The position numbers and the translations under genes were made by a program. From NCBI GenBank assembly GCA_038230375.1, contig JBBRNJ010000006.1:32001-96000 (forward strand): 64,000 bases of DNA, given 5' to 3'. Positions 63,369 to 64,000 of this stretch are shown here, piece after piece. This DNA is from Polyangiales bacterium (GTDB taxonomy: Bacteria; Myxococcota_A; Polyangia; Polyangiales; Polyangiaceae). Numbering within the stretch: position 1 is the first letter of the stretch; each line of letters begins with the position of its first letter. The notes beneath the pieces were generated by a model. That model had not been told where the DNA came from. It searched no databases and saw only the letters and a list, made by a program, of their open reading frames with translations.

Positions 63369-64000
63369 TCAGTCCGCTGTGTTTGCGACGAGCTTTCTCG
63401 AGAACAGGATCGCGTCTTTTCGCGCTCCTCCCACCACCAGGTGATTCTCGAGCACTCCGGTCCTTCGGAACCCGTTCGCCACGTACGCCGAGGCCATCGC
63501 GACGTCGTCGCTGGGCGCGAGCGAGAACACGCTCACGCAGCCTTCCTTCGCCAGCATGTCCACGAGCGCACGGAGCGCCGATGTGGTCGCGGAGGTCTCC
63601 GCCTCCGACGCGGGCGCGGTGAGCAGCTCCAGGAACGCATTGCCGAAGCACGGCTGTGACTCGACGGAGGCCCACAGCTCGAAGTTCCCGCGCGCCGTCA
63701 CGCTGAAGTATCGCCGCTCGGTGTCGCGTCCGAAGGGCTCGAACGCAGTGAGCGCGACGCCCTTCTTCTGGGCGCGCTCGACTGCCTTCTTCGCTTCCGT
63801 CTCGCGCGCGATGGCAACGGTCGTGCGCGGGATCACCCTCTCGACCTTCGCGGTGCGCTTCGCCTTCGCCAGCGTCTTCTCCGCCCTCCGCGTGGCGGGG
63901 GACAGGGTCTTGTCGTCCTCGTCTGCGAGGGCCAGCACTTCCTCTTCCTCGGCAAGGCGGCGCGCCTCCGACGAGAAGCTCGCCTCGATCGGTGACGGTC
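63369..64000 (-). CDS. GNAT-fold acetyltransferase-like protein (3' part; 5' end outside the window)
   Basis: Frame is open to the window edge; ANGFRRTGVLENHLVVGG..KDAILFSRKL is a GNAT-type C-terminus. Confidence 0.55.
   Translation of the reverse strand, partial: PSPIEASFSSEARRLAEEEEVLALADEDDKTLSPATRRAEKTLAKAKRTAKVERVIPRTTVAIARETEAKKAVERAQKKGVALTAFEPFGRDTERRYFSVTARGNFELWASVESQPCFGNAFLELLTAPASEAETSATTSALRALVDMLAKEGCVSVFSLAPSDDVAMASAYVANGFRRTGVLENHLVVGGARKDAILFSRKLVANTAD

Overview
GC-rich chromosomal window from a myxobacterium. mglA-mglB, Ser/Thr kinases, many 'DAG'-rich lipoproteins and a SUMF1-type protein suggest a Polyangiales/Sorangiineae-like organism (inference). Most of it is housekeeping or accessory genes: fabH, queD, pdxH, mglAB, a ctaA-like gene, SDRs, MFS transporters, an HD-GYP protein, a porin, a penicillin acylase and a GH75 chitosanase. 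The stand-out locus is 25190-27790 on the minus strand and is largely missing from the ORF track. In transcription order it holds a sigma70-like promoter with TTCAAA repeats and a 54-codon leader ORF whose stop codon lies inside a predicted antiterminator. A GC-rich terminator-like hairpin and a boxA-like element follow, then six non-canonical tRNA genes (Glu-TTC, Trp-CCA, Ala-TGC, Arg-ACG, Ser-CGA, Ser-GCT; both Ser tRNAs fold 8/4) and the RNA ligase rtcB. In leader codons 17-51, 23 of 35 codons are ones these six tRNAs would read. This suggests a ribosome-stalling attenuator that senses tRNA loss or damage and switches on back-up tRNAs plus a repair ligase (hypothesis). Other notable items: a galactitol-family PTS operon with its own HPr-EI fusion facing a GpsA paralogue, a split PEP-synthase-like dikinase pair with MFS exporters, a 41-aa very basic small protein absent from the ORF track, (GTCGAR)n microsatellites, a 14-bp tandem repeat between mglB and mglA, and decayed gene fragments beside tRNA-Arg(CCG). 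All calls were made by eye, with no database searches.
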